A stretch of DNA of 60,820 nt, from the NCBI GenBank assembly GCA_964430295.1, contig CAYSEV010000004.1, positions 1 through 60,820 on the forward strand, in the 5' to 3' direction. Below the pieces are notes generated by a model. The model was not told where the DNA came from. It saw only the letters and a list, made by a program, of their open reading frames with translations, and made no database searches. The first letter of the stretch is position 1. Each line of letters begins with the position of its first letter. The stretch comes from an uncultured Gammaproteobacteria bacterium. GTDB lineage: Bacteria; Patescibacteriota; Microgenomatia; UBA10105; UBA927. Shown here one piece after another: positions 26,432 to 35,444 of this stretch. Both the position numbers and the translations under genes were made by a program.

Positions 26432-27292
26432 TTAAATAAATTCTTCGAGAACTTGTGTGAGATGTTCTGTATCCACGGGACTTTTTACCAATGGGCCATC
26501 CGCTAAAGCAGGCTCATATGACTCGCAGGTTGGTTTGTCCTCTTTGTAAAATATACCATATGGGATTCTATCTCCCCATTCCATCGCCTTTTCCATTGCT
26601 TTCAGTTTATTGTCCGGCGTGTATCCTTCTGATGCCAATGTATAGAGTCGTTGTCTGTACCACTGGTAGGTATGTACTTTGTTAAAGGTCACACATGGTT
26701 GAAGGATATCGATAAGAGAAAAACCTTTATGCTCTATGGCCTGACTCATAAGAGAAATTAAACCTGGTGTATCTCCTGCAAAGCCACGGGCTACAAAGGT
26801 TGCACCGGCAGCCATTGCAAAGACTAAAGGATTAATAGGCGCATCGACCACTCCTTCAGGCGTAGACTTCGTAACAAATCCCGGTTTTGCTGTCGGCGAA
26901 GCCTGACCAGTCGTGAGTCCATACACCTGATTGTCATGCAGCATAACTGTGATATCCGGATTTCTCTTGGCAGCATGCAGGAAATGGTTTCCGCCTTCTC
27001 CAAGACCATCACCATCTCCTGATACAACGATAACAGGGAGGTTATGATTTGCCATTTTTACACCTTGCGCAACAGGTAGCGTTCTTCCATGAAGGCCGGA
27101 GAATCCGTACATATGCATCCAGCTATACATGTTGCCATGACATCCGACGCCATAAATGGTCAGTCCATCTTCTGGGCCGATTCCTAGTTTTGAGAGCGCT
27201 TCTTTGAGTGCAGTCCATATGCCGTAATCTCCACAGCCAGGGCACCATGTCGGCAAATGAGGAGATGAAAATGCGCTACTTGTGAGTGTCAT
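26432..27292 (-). CDS. korB: 2-oxoacid:ferredoxin oxidoreductase beta (TPP-binding) subunit
   Basis: 286-aa ORF with WCPGCGD and a GDGD...GGNH TPP motif. Confidence 0.9.
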   Translation of the reverse strand: MTLTSSAFSSPHLPTWCPGCGDYGIWTALKEALSKLGIGPEDGLTIYGVGCHGNMYSWMHMYGFSGLHGRTLPVAQGVKMANHNLPVIVVSGDGDGLGEGGNHFLHAAKRNPDITVMLHDNQVYGLTTGQASPTAKPGFVTKSTPEGVVDAPINPLVFAMAAGATFVARGFAGDTPGLISLMSQAIEHKGFSLIDILQPCVTFNKVHTYQWYRQRLYTLASEGYTPDNKLKAMEKAMEWGDRIPYGIFYKEDKPTCESYEPALADGPLVKSPVDTEHLTQVLEEFI

Positions 27293-29031
27293 ACATGCCT
27301 CCGTACAGCTTCAACAATATCTTCCGGGAAAAACGGTCTTCCATCATATTTCAGAATTTTTTCTGCAATATCGATACCAGTATGTTCCCGTATAAGTGCT
27401 GCTAACTGACCTGTGGCATTTTGCTCTACATCTATAATCCGTTTTGCACGCTTAAGACATTCCGTAACCTGGGCTGAAGCAAATGGGAACATCCAGGTGA
27501 AATGATACAGGTTTGCACGAATTCCTTGTGCTTTTAACATAGCTATCGCATCGATCACAGGTCCTCGAGAAGATCCCCAGCTCACAAATGTAATATCTGC
27601 ATCAGCATCTCCATATAATGTTGGAGGCTTTACATCAGATTGCATAGCAGTTAGTTTTTTCAGGCGTTTTCCAGCCATAAGGACACGCTCGTGTGGAGAT
27701 TCTGTTACTATCCCCTGCTCATCGTGCTCATATGCATTGGATATATAGACGCCATTTTTTTGTCCTGGGACACTTCGAAGTGAGACGCCATCATCTGTAG
27801 CAAGCGAATATCGCTTAAAGGATCCGTCAGATGGTAAATCTGCATCTGACGCTAACTTCCCTCGATGGATAACCATCTCTTTTTTAAATACAGATTCAGG
27901 AACACACCACTGACTCTCGTTTAGATATTTGTCTGTAAGGAGTAATACTGGAATCTGATATTTATCTGCAAGATTAAACGCATCAAAGGTCATTTGAAAT
28001 GCCTCTCCGGCATCACTTGGTGCCAGTACTATTTTCGGAAATTCACCGTGTCCGGCATGGATGGCAAACTGAAGTTCTCCCTGTTCTGTCCATGTTGGCA
28101 TACCGGTTGCAGGGCCGACTCTCATACCCAAATCTATAACGACTGGCAACTCCATAATACCTGCTAATGATACCGCTTCTACCATCAGGGCAAATCCTCC
28201 ACCAGATGACGCTACCATACTTCTGACACCTGCAAGTGATGCACCAAGAGCCATATTGATACCGGCAATTTCATCTTCCGGCTGTCTATAAACTATCTTT
28301 AATTCCTTTGCATGATCCGCTAAAAACGTTATGAGTGAATTAATTGGTGTCATCGGATAGATTGCTGCAAACTTAAGTCCCGCTCTATACGCACCGACAC
28401 CCACGGCTTCGCTGGCATTAATAATAAGTTTGGGTTCAGAAGGCGTGGCAGGAGCCAAATGCATAGATGATTCATCCGGAAAATGCGTTTTCACATAATC
28501 GTATCCCTGCTTGGCAATAGCTATATTTCCATCTATAACCGCCTGCTTTTTCTTTTTGAATTGATCCTTAATAACGGATTCTATATACCCGAAATCAGCA
28601 CCCATCAGAGCAACTGTTGCACCAAGTGCGATGGTATTTTTCATAACAGGAATACCGTTTGCTGCGACAACTAAATCTGCAAGTGGAACGGGTATAAGCT
28701 TTACCGGTTTTGGAAAATCCGCAGCAGTCCATTCTTTATCTTTTGGATCATACACAACGAGCGCATGTTCTGACAGTTCACTTTTATGAACCTCAACGCT
28801 CATATTATGGAGTGCAACTAAAATCTGAACGTCACGATTAAGCGATTCAAAATATTCTGAAGATACACGAACGGTAATAATATTATGTCCACCACGTATG
28901 AGAGACGGATATTCATTTGTGCAGAGGGTGTAATATCCATTCCGGGCAAATGCTTTAGAAATCATTGTCCCTGCGGACATAATGCCAAATCCTGCCTCAC
29001 CACTGATTTTCCATGTAACTGAGTTTGTCAT
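27289..29031 (-). CDS. korA: 2-oxoacid:ferredoxin oxidoreductase alpha subunit
   Basis: About 580 aa with fused gamma-like N-terminus and alpha domains (GEAGFGIMSAG..., YPMTP). Start placed at the ATG at 29031, because the track start is a TTG. 4-nt overlap with korB. Confidence 0.9.
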   Translation of the reverse strand: MTNSVTWKISGEAGFGIMSAGTMISKAFARNGYYTLCTNEYPSLIRGGHNIITVRVSSEYFESLNRDVQILVALHNMSVEVHKSELSEHALVVYDPKDKEWTAADFPKPVKLIPVPLADLVVAANGIPVMKNTIALGATVALMGADFGYIESVIKDQFKKKKQAVIDGNIAIAKQGYDYVKTHFPDESSMHLAPATPSEPKLIINASEAVGVGAYRAGLKFAAIYPMTPINSLITFLADHAKELKIVYRQPEDEIAGINMALGASLAGVRSMVASSGGGFALMVEAVSLAGIMELPVVIDLGMRVGPATGMPTWTEQGELQFAIHAGHGEFPKIVLAPSDAGEAFQMTFDAFNLADKYQIPVLLLTDKYLNESQWCVPESVFKKEMVIHRGKLASDADLPSDGSFKRYSLATDDGVSLRSVPGQKNGVYISNAYEHDEQGIVTESPHERVLMAGKRLKKLTAMQSDVKPPTLYGDADADITFVSWGSSRGPVIDAIAMLKAQGIRANLYHFTWMFPFASAQVTECLKRAKRIIDVEQNATGQLAALIREHTGIDIAEKILKYDGRPFFPEDIVEAVRRHV

Positions 29032-29094
29032 AAGAATGAAGAACAAGTTAAATCATGACACGAATTTATGTGTAAATCAATACGGATATTCATA

Positions 29095-29289
29095 CTAATC
29101 CGAACAGCATGGATCTTTATACCCACAGTGAATACACTGAGCATCCCTACCACCAGGCATACCGAAAATTGTATGCGAGCATTGGGGACATGGACGAATA
29201 TTGTATACATGAGGCAATGAACCGTTTGGCACAGCCGACACATCTGATTTCTCTACGGTTTTACGGGAAGATTTGGGTTCCGTTTTCAT
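29095..29289 (-). CDS. small zinc-ribbon protein (hypothetical)
   Basis: 64-aa ORF with a basic N-terminus, then CPQC-x13-CIHC plus a terminal CC. It overlaps the ferredoxin 3' end by 29 nt, and 29028-29243 is a competing ORF. Confidence 0.4.
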   Translation of the reverse strand: MKTEPKSSRKTVEKSDVSAVPNGSLPHVYNIRPCPQCSHTIFGMPGGRDAQCIHCGYKDPCCSD

Positions 29290-29512
29290 CAGTAATGAAA
29301 ATTGCCATAACAGGACATGCCTTTGCAGCTTCTATGAGCGTTTCATCGGTTTCTGCATCTGCAGTGTCCAAGATAAATGCTTTTGCTTCATCATTCAAAG
29401 ACCATGCTTTCGGAGCAATAGCAATACACGTGGCTGCTCCTATACATAGATCCTGGTCTATGCGCATTGTTAGTGTCCGAATTGTGCGTTTTTTTGTTAG
29501 ATCGTCAGACAT
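29261..29512 (-). CDS. small ferredoxin (single 4Fe-4S/3Fe-4S type)
   Basis: 83-aa ORF with IDQDLCIGAATCIAIAP ... ACPVMAI. Confidence 0.8.
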   Translation of the reverse strand: MSDDLTKKRTIRTLTMRIDQDLCIGAATCIAIAPKAWSLNDEAKAFILDTADAETDETLIEAAKACPVMAIFITDENGTQIFP

Positions 29513-29537
29513 ACTAGATGGTTATACACAAATTATG

Positions 29538-29915
29538 CTACTTTTTCAATGACACAATCAGCTTTTGTAGCACTTCAAGAGAAAGGAGTGCACATTTCAT
29601 TCTTGATGGCGTAAGAGTAGTGCCAAGCATATCTATAATTTCCTCCGGTGTTATCTTCATTGCATCTGATACTGGCATGCCTTTAACCCGCTCTGTAAGC
29701 ATAGACGCGCTTGCCTGGCTTATGGCACAGCCTTCACCCGAAAAACGGATATCCTCAATTACTTTTAACTTTTCACTTTTCACTTTCAACTCCATGACAA
29801 TCCTATCCCCACACGTCACATTCCCTTCTTCAATTGTGGCATCAGGATGGTCCAGATGGCCAAAATTCCGAGGGTTTTTATAATGATCTAAGATGATTTC
29901 TCTATAAATATCCAT
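29538..29915 (-). CDS. sufU: SUF-type Fe-S scaffold SufU/NifU-like
   Basis: 125-aa ORF with NPRNFG, CGDRI and GEGCAIS motifs. Confidence 0.9.
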   Translation of the reverse strand: MDIYREIILDHYKNPRNFGHLDHPDATIEEGNVTCGDRIVMELKVKSEKLKVIEDIRFSGEGCAISQASASMLTERVKGMPVSDAMKITPEEIIDMLGTTLTPSRMKCALLSLEVLQKLIVSLKK

Positions 29916-29925
29916 AAAGACCTGT

Positions 29926-30031
29926 TGTCATTCTCGCGCAGGCGGGAATCCATTGAGTCAAGCATATTCTCTGGATCCCCGATCCAGACTTCGCCGAAGG
30001 CTATGTCCGGCTAGGCAAGTCGGGGATGACA
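29926..30031. repeat. 106-nt GC-rich palindromic MITE/REP-like element filling the sufS-sufU spacer
   Basis: Imperfect terminal inverted repeats TGTCATTCTCGCG ... GTCGGGGATGACA. Internal hairpins ATTCTCGC-GCAG-GCGGGAAT and GGATC-CCC-GATCC. Hand count gives 59/106 G+C, against about 40 percent in the surroundings. Confidence 0.6.
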
Positions 30032-31261
30032 TTAACTAAATATATCTTTAACTTTTTCTAATCCTTGTACCAGCAAATCTATATCTTCGTGCGTTGTGTA
30101 TATATAGAAAGAAGCTCTGGCGGTTGCTGACAGGTTTAGTGAACGATGGAGTGGCATGGCACAATGATTTCCTGACCTGATACAAATATTGTCTTCATTT
30201 AACACCTGGGCAATATCATGTGGATGGGATCCTTTCATAGTAAATGCCATCACTCCGCCTTTTATAGACGCATCTGTAGGACCATATACTGTTACACCAG
30301 ATACTCTACGAAGCTGTTCTTCTGCATAAAGGACCAATTCTTTCTCATGATCACGCACAGCATCCATGCCGAGCGACTGTAAATAATCTATTGCAGCGCC
30401 AAATCCAATAACCCCTGCAATATGTGGTGTTCCCGCTTCAAATTTATGTGGAGTTTTTTTGAAAGATGATCGTTCTATCAGTACTTCTTCAATCATTTCT
30501 CCACCATATAGAAATGGTTTCATACGATCCAGAAGCTCATATCTACCCCATAATACTCCTATACCAGTCGGTCCGAGCATTTTATGTGAAGAGAATACGA
30601 CAATGTCAGCACCCCACGATGTCACATCAATACGCATATGAGGAGCAGCCTGTGCAGCATCAACGACAACCAAACATGTTGGATTTATCCGTTTGACCGC
30701 TTGGACAATCTTTGCAATTGGTGTGATGGTTCCGAGTACATTTGAAAGTGCTGTAACGGCAACGATTTTTGTCTTTTTTGTCACAAGAGATTCCAGAGAG
30801 TTCATATCCAACTGACCATCTTCTAAGACGCCCCATATATCTATATGCCAGCCTCGATCTTTTGCCAGTTGTTGCCATGGCACAAAATTAGAATGATGTT
30901 CCATGATGCTGACTACAACATGATCTTCAGGCTGCAACTCGTGCAAACCATAGCTGTACGCAAACAAATTAATAGATTCAGAGGCATTTCTGGTAAATAC
31001 TATTTCATCAGGGGTTTTTGCGCCGATAAACTGTGCTACTTTTGAGCGAACGGATTCATATTCATGCGTAGCTTCTTCACTGGTTGTATAAATACCACGA
31101 AATATATTTGCAGTATATGTTGTGTAATATTCTACTTCTTTATCTATAACAGACTGTGGCTTTAATGAGGTTGCGGTTGAATCAAGATAGATGATTGGCT
31201 TTCCATTTATTTGTCGTTTAAATTGCGGAAAATCTTTTTTACATGTATCTATTGTGCTCAT
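30032..31261 (-). CDS. sufS: cysteine desulfurase SufS
   Basis: 409-aa ORF with a PLP-lysine region (SSHKMLGPTGIG) and the active-site loop RSGNHCA. Confidence 0.95.
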   Translation of the reverse strand: MSTIDTCKKDFPQFKRQINGKPIIYLDSTATSLKPQSVIDKEVEYYTTYTANIFRGIYTTSEEATHEYESVRSKVAQFIGAKTPDEIVFTRNASESINLFAYSYGLHELQPEDHVVVSIMEHHSNFVPWQQLAKDRGWHIDIWGVLEDGQLDMNSLESLVTKKTKIVAVTALSNVLGTITPIAKIVQAVKRINPTCLVVVDAAQAAPHMRIDVTSWGADIVVFSSHKMLGPTGIGVLWGRYELLDRMKPFLYGGEMIEEVLIERSSFKKTPHKFEAGTPHIAGVIGFGAAIDYLQSLGMDAVRDHEKELVLYAEEQLRRVSGVTVYGPTDASIKGGVMAFTMKGSHPHDIAQVLNEDNICIRSGNHCAMPLHRSLNLSATARASFYIYTTHEDIDLLVQGLEKVKDIFS

Positions 31262-31266
31262 ATGAT

Positions 31267-31572
31267 TTATATATTTACCAATACATATTCTCCTTCAACG
31301 GATGTCTCATACGTATTGAGATCAACTGTCGCTGGTAGTGATAGTACAGCTCCCGTTGTTACATCGAACTGAGCACCGTGACAACTACAAATAATGGCAC
31401 TCCCATCAAGAAAACCAGAAGTACCAAGTGAGCACTGCTGGTGCGTGCAGGTGTCATCTATGGCAAAAAATTCACCATCCACATTGGCAATTGCAATGCG
31501 TTTGCCACTCACTATGACCGTTTTTTTAGTACCAGTCGGAATTTCTTGTATTGCTGCAGCTTTTGTAAACAT
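31267..31572 (-). CDS. Rieske [2Fe-2S] ferredoxin-like protein
   Basis: 101-aa ORF with CTHQQC ... CSCHGAQF (CxH / CxxH). Confidence 0.85.
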   Translation of the reverse strand: MFTKAAAIQEIPTGTKKTVIVSGKRIAIANVDGEFFAIDDTCTHQQCSLGTSGFLDGSAIICSCHGAQFDVTTGAVLSLPATVDLNTYETSVEGEYVLVNI

Positions 31573-31593
31573 AGTATAAACCGTCTGTCTCTA

Positions 31594-32244
31594 TTATATC
31601 GCTTGGATAATAGTTTGAAAGAGAGATTCTTTAACAGTATCATCAGGAAGTATGTCAATTCCTTTTTGAAAAAATCCGGAAATAATCAAGGACTCTGCCT
31701 GAGACTTTGAAATACCCCGTGTGGCAAGATACCATAATTCTTCTTCCGATATAGGGCCCATTGTAGCCCCATGAGTGCAACGAACATCATCTGCCAGAAT
31801 TTCCAAAGATGGCTTACTGGTGGCAACTGCATCTGCCGAGAGTAATAAATTTTCATTGCGCTGGTAGGCATTTGTTTTTTGTGCTCCTAATTCTACACGA
31901 ATACCGCCTTCCACACTTGACACCGCATGATCCCATAATGCTGTTTTTACTAATAAATTACTTGTTGTATCCGGAGCATCATGATACTGCATTGTATGCA
32001 TATATATATGTGCGTCCTGCTTTGCAGCAATAAGACCTAAAATAGTGGCATCTGCACCATTACCAGCTAAATGAACTGCAATGTTTGTACGTACTGACTT
32101 CTGATGTACTGATACTGCGACAATAGAACAGGACACCCCTGCATCGACCGAATAAGAATATTCACTCTCACCTTCTGGTAGTGTCAAAATAACTGTCTGT
32201 GATTTTTTTATATGTATCATTGTATTCATATATGTCCATTTCAA
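31594..32244 (-). CDS. sufD: short SufD-like Fe-S assembly protein
   Basis: 216-aa ORF matching the C-terminal beta-helix and helical part of SufD/SufB (ADDVRCTHGATMGPISEEELWYLATRGISKSQAESLII). It is roughly half the usual SufD length. Confidence 0.8.
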   Translation of the reverse strand: MKWTYMNTMIHIKKSQTVILTLPEGESEYSYSVDAGVSCSIVAVSVHQKSVRTNIAVHLAGNGADATILGLIAAKQDAHIYMHTMQYHDAPDTTSNLLVKTALWDHAVSSVEGGIRVELGAQKTNAYQRNENLLLSADAVATSKPSLEILADDVRCTHGATMGPISEEELWYLATRGISKSQAESLIISGFFQKGIDILPDDTVKESLFQTIIQAI

Positions 32245-32256
32245 GCGGTTCTCGAT

Positions 32257-33651
32257 CTATCCAACTGATCCCTCCATTTGTAGTTGAATAAGACGATTCA
32301 TTTCTACTGCGTATTCAAGCGGCAATTCTTTTACGATTGGTTCTATAAACCCATTTACGATCATAGATTCCGCCTGCGCCTTATCAATCCCACGACTTTG
32401 AAGGTAAAACAATTGTTCATCTCCAATTTTAGAGACAGTTGCTTCGTGTTCTATAGCAACATCGTTTTCATGGATATTCATTGTCGGATATGTATCAGAA
32501 CGGGAGGTATCATCAAGAAGCAGTGCATCACAGACTACTTTGCTTTTTACCTTTGTAGCCCCTTTTTGTACTTCAACAAGGCCTCTATATGACGTCCGCC
32601 CACCGGATTTGCTGATTGATTTGGAAATGATTTGAGATGTGGTTTCGGAAGCTACATGTATCATTTTCCCTCCGGCATCCTGATGTTGATTTGCTCCAGC
32701 ATACGCAATAGAGAGAACTTCACCTCGTGCTTTTCGACCCATCAGGTAGACACTCGGATATTTCATCGTCACCTTACTACCTAAATTTCCATCTACCCAT
32801 TCCATCACACCTTCTTCTTCCACACGAGCACGTTTGGTTACGAGATTATACACATTTGTGCTCCAATTTTGGATAGTTGTATAGCGTACGCGCGCGCCTT
32901 TTTTTACGATGATCTCAACGACAGCACTATGAAGCGAATCTGTTGAGTAAATAGGGGCTGTACACCCTTCCACGTAATGCACGAAACTTCCTTCATCCGC
33001 AATGATAAGTGTCCGTTCAAATTGCCCCATGTTCGCGGCATTAATACGAAAATATGCCTGTAATGGTAAATCAACATGCACTCCTTTGGGAACGTATACA
33101 AAAGACCCTCCACTCCACACGCTACTGTTGAGGGCTGCGAATTTGTTGTCTGCTGGAGGAATGACACTCCCAAAATATTGTTTTACCAGATCAGGATATT
33201 CACGAAGGCCACTATCCATATCTAAAAACACAACACCCTTTTTTGCCAGAAGTGCGTTCATGCTTTTGTATACAACCTCCGATTCATACTGAGCGCTCAC
33301 GCCCGCAAGATATTTTTTCTCGGCTTCAGGGATACCGATTTTGTCATAGGTATCCTTTATACTTTTGGGTAGCTTATCCCAGGATGAAACTTTATCCGCA
33401 ATAGGCTTGAGATAGTAATAAATATTATCAAATTCAATTCCGCTTAAATCTGCTCCCCATGGAGGCATTGGTTTTGCCGTATAAAATGCATAACTACGCT
33501 GCCGAAACTTACGCATCCAATCAGGTTCATGTTTATGATCGCTGATAGCTGTTACCACGCCTTCATCCAGCCCACGTTTAGATTTGTATATATATTCTTC
33601 CGGCTTATGAAAGCCAAATTTATAAGAATCGTCAATGATAGATTGTGACAT
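32257..33651 (-). CDS. sufB: Fe-S cluster assembly protein SufB
   Basis: 464-aa ORF with highly conserved SufB sequence ([27 protein letters not shown]). Confidence 0.96.
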   Translation of the reverse strand: MSQSIIDDSYKFGFHKPEEYIYKSKRGLDEGVVTAISDHKHEPDWMRKFRQRSYAFYTAKPMPPWGADLSGIEFDNIYYYLKPIADKVSSWDKLPKSIKDTYDKIGIPEAEKKYLAGVSAQYESEVVYKSMNALLAKKGVVFLDMDSGLREYPDLVKQYFGSVIPPADNKFAALNSSVWSGGSFVYVPKGVHVDLPLQAYFRINAANMGQFERTLIIADEGSFVHYVEGCTAPIYSTDSLHSAVVEIIVKKGARVRYTTIQNWSTNVYNLVTKRARVEEEGVMEWVDGNLGSKVTMKYPSVYLMGRKARGEVLSIAYAGANQHQDAGGKMIHVASETTSQIISKSISKSGGRTSYRGLVEVQKGATKVKSKVVCDALLLDDTSRSDTYPTMNIHENDVAIEHEATVSKIGDEQLFYLQSRGIDKAQAESMIVNGFIEPIVKELPLEYAVEMNRLIQLQMEGSVG

Positions 33652-33755
33652 ACAAAAGTTTGAATAGTATTAAAGTAGAAAGTTCATAAAGAGTTACGCA
33701 CTTGTATTTGTATAGACTCAGTACGTTAAGAACTTAGAACTTTAGAACTCGGTTC

Positions 33756-34574
33756 TTATGTTATATATTTTTCGTATCCTTCTTCTTCTATTTCTTTTGC
33801 AAGGGCAGCTGCACCTGTTTTTATTAATTTTCCTTTTACTAATATATGAACGAAATCAGGGTTAAGATACTTCAAAATTCTCTGATAATGCGTCACGATA
33901 AGCACACCGGTTCCCCGTTTTGAAAGAATATTAATCCCTTCTGCAACAAGTCTCAGTGCATCAACATCCAGCCCAGTGTCGATTTCATCAAACATCGCAA
34001 ATTTAGGCTTCAGCACCAACGCTTGGAGCATTTCAATTTTCTTTTTTTCACCACCGGAAAAACCATCATGTATGCCTCGGCTTAAAAATGACTCATCTAT
34101 ATGAAGCATAGAAGCATCCGCTTTAACCTGCTTCATAAATTCACCAATTGTCATTCCACCTGCGCTCCAACGCCTACTGAGTACAGGGTTTTGAATATGT
34201 TCATTTGAATTTGTTTTCTTATCACCATACAATTCCTGAAATGATGTACGAAGGAGATTTAAGACACTAACACCCGGAACTGAAACCGGCGTTTGAAATG
34301 CGAGAAATAATCCTGCCTTCGCCCGATCTTCTGGAGAGGCTTCGGTAATATTCTCAGAATCAATTGTTATGACAGATTGTTTCCCGGAAATTGTATAGGT
34401 TGGATGACCCATAATGACATTTGATAATGTCGATTTACCACTACCGTTTGGTCCCATAAGCGCATGCACTTCACCGGATCGTATGCGAAGCGAAATATCG
34501 GAGAGTATTTCCTTTTCACCAACATGTGCCCGAATATGAGCTACATCAAGAATATGGTCATTCATAGTTGTCAC
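33756..34574 (-). CDS. sufC: Fe-S cluster assembly ATPase SufC
   Basis: 272-aa ORF with Walker A GPNGSGKST, signature FSGGEKKK and Walker B MFDEIDTGLD. Confidence 0.95.
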   Translation of the reverse strand: MTTMNDHILDVAHIRAHVGEKEILSDISLRIRSGEVHALMGPNGSGKSTLSNVIMGHPTYTISGKQSVITIDSENITEASPEDRAKAGLFLAFQTPVSVPGVSVLNLLRTSFQELYGDKKTNSNEHIQNPVLSRRWSAGGMTIGEFMKQVKADASMLHIDESFLSRGIHDGFSGGEKKKIEMLQALVLKPKFAMFDEIDTGLDVDALRLVAEGINILSKRGTGVLIVTHYQRILKYLNPDFVHILVKGKLIKTGAAALAKEIEEEGYEKYIT

Positions 34575-34598
34575 AGTATACAGGAATTGTAATAAATA

Positions 34599-35387
34599 TT
34601 ACAGTTTAGAAGCGACCTTATCATGTTTTCCCATGTATACTTCCCGTACTCCATGCATCCTAAATATATAATATTCTTGCTTCAGAAGAGGATTGTTCGG
34701 TAAAGATAAAAATCGATTAACATCATTTGACTGAGAGACGTGACTTTTGAGTGCTTTTTTCTTTATATTTTGAAAACCTTCGGTACTTATGGCCGTTGTT
34801 ACAAACTTATCCGGTGTTCCAATCCATGGTTTGCCGAACGATTCTTCAGGAAAAATTTTCTTCTTTTTGAGGTACTCCACAGTGCTTTCAGGCACACAGG
34901 CATAATATAACTTCGGTGCAGCTTCTTCATCGTACTCTGGATTATCTTTGAGAGCATTTTGAATTTGAAATGCATATTTTTGAAACGCAAATGTCGTAGC
35001 AAAAGAGACTCTTATATGATCCGGATGATTACTTATGCCGGTCGTATCAAATGTAATAACAATATCCGGAACTAGTTCGATTAACTTCTGATAAATAATT
35101 TCCTCTAACTGTCCGGGTGGATCGGATTTCAGGGTGCCATCCATGTATGTGAGAAATGTAATAGTCGAAATACCGAGATATGACGCTGCCATTTCCAGCT
35201 CTTTTGAACGGATAGCGCCTAACTCTTTAGGGGATTTTTCACCCAACATACCCGTTTCTCCCTGTTCACCACGTGTAGCACAAATAAGGTCGATTTCCCA
35301 ACCCATCTTTGCATATTTAGCAATAGTTGAAGCTGATGAAAAAGATTCATCGTCCGGATGAGCAAATACTAAAAGCATGCGTTTCAT
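34599..35387 (-). CDS. PIG-L/LmbE family deacetylase (second copy)
   Basis: 262-aa ORF with AHPDDESF and HPDH motifs. It sits 24 nt upstream of sufC on the same strand. Confidence 0.8.
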   Translation of the reverse strand: MKRMLLVFAHPDDESFSSASTIAKYAKMGWEIDLICATRGEQGETGMLGEKSPKELGAIRSKELEMAASYLGISTITFLTYMDGTLKSDPPGQLEEIIYQKLIELVPDIVITFDTTGISNHPDHIRVSFATTFAFQKYAFQIQNALKDNPEYDEEAAPKLYYACVPESTVEYLKKKKIFPEESFGKPWIGTPDKFVTTAISTEGFQNIKKKALKSHVSQSNDVNRFLSLPNNPLLKQEYYIFRMHGVREVYMGKHDKVASKL

Positions 35388-35444
35388 GGCCTAATGATAC
35401 CAGACGACTATAAGGATTCATAGTGAGTTTGTTATAATACGCAT

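Noticed and set aside
29028-29243. 71-aa minus-strand ORF overlapping the korA start region
   Set aside because: It competes with the zinc-ribbon ORF 29095-29289. It lacks any motif and would overlap the korA start, so the zinc-ribbon frame was preferred, itself only tentatively.
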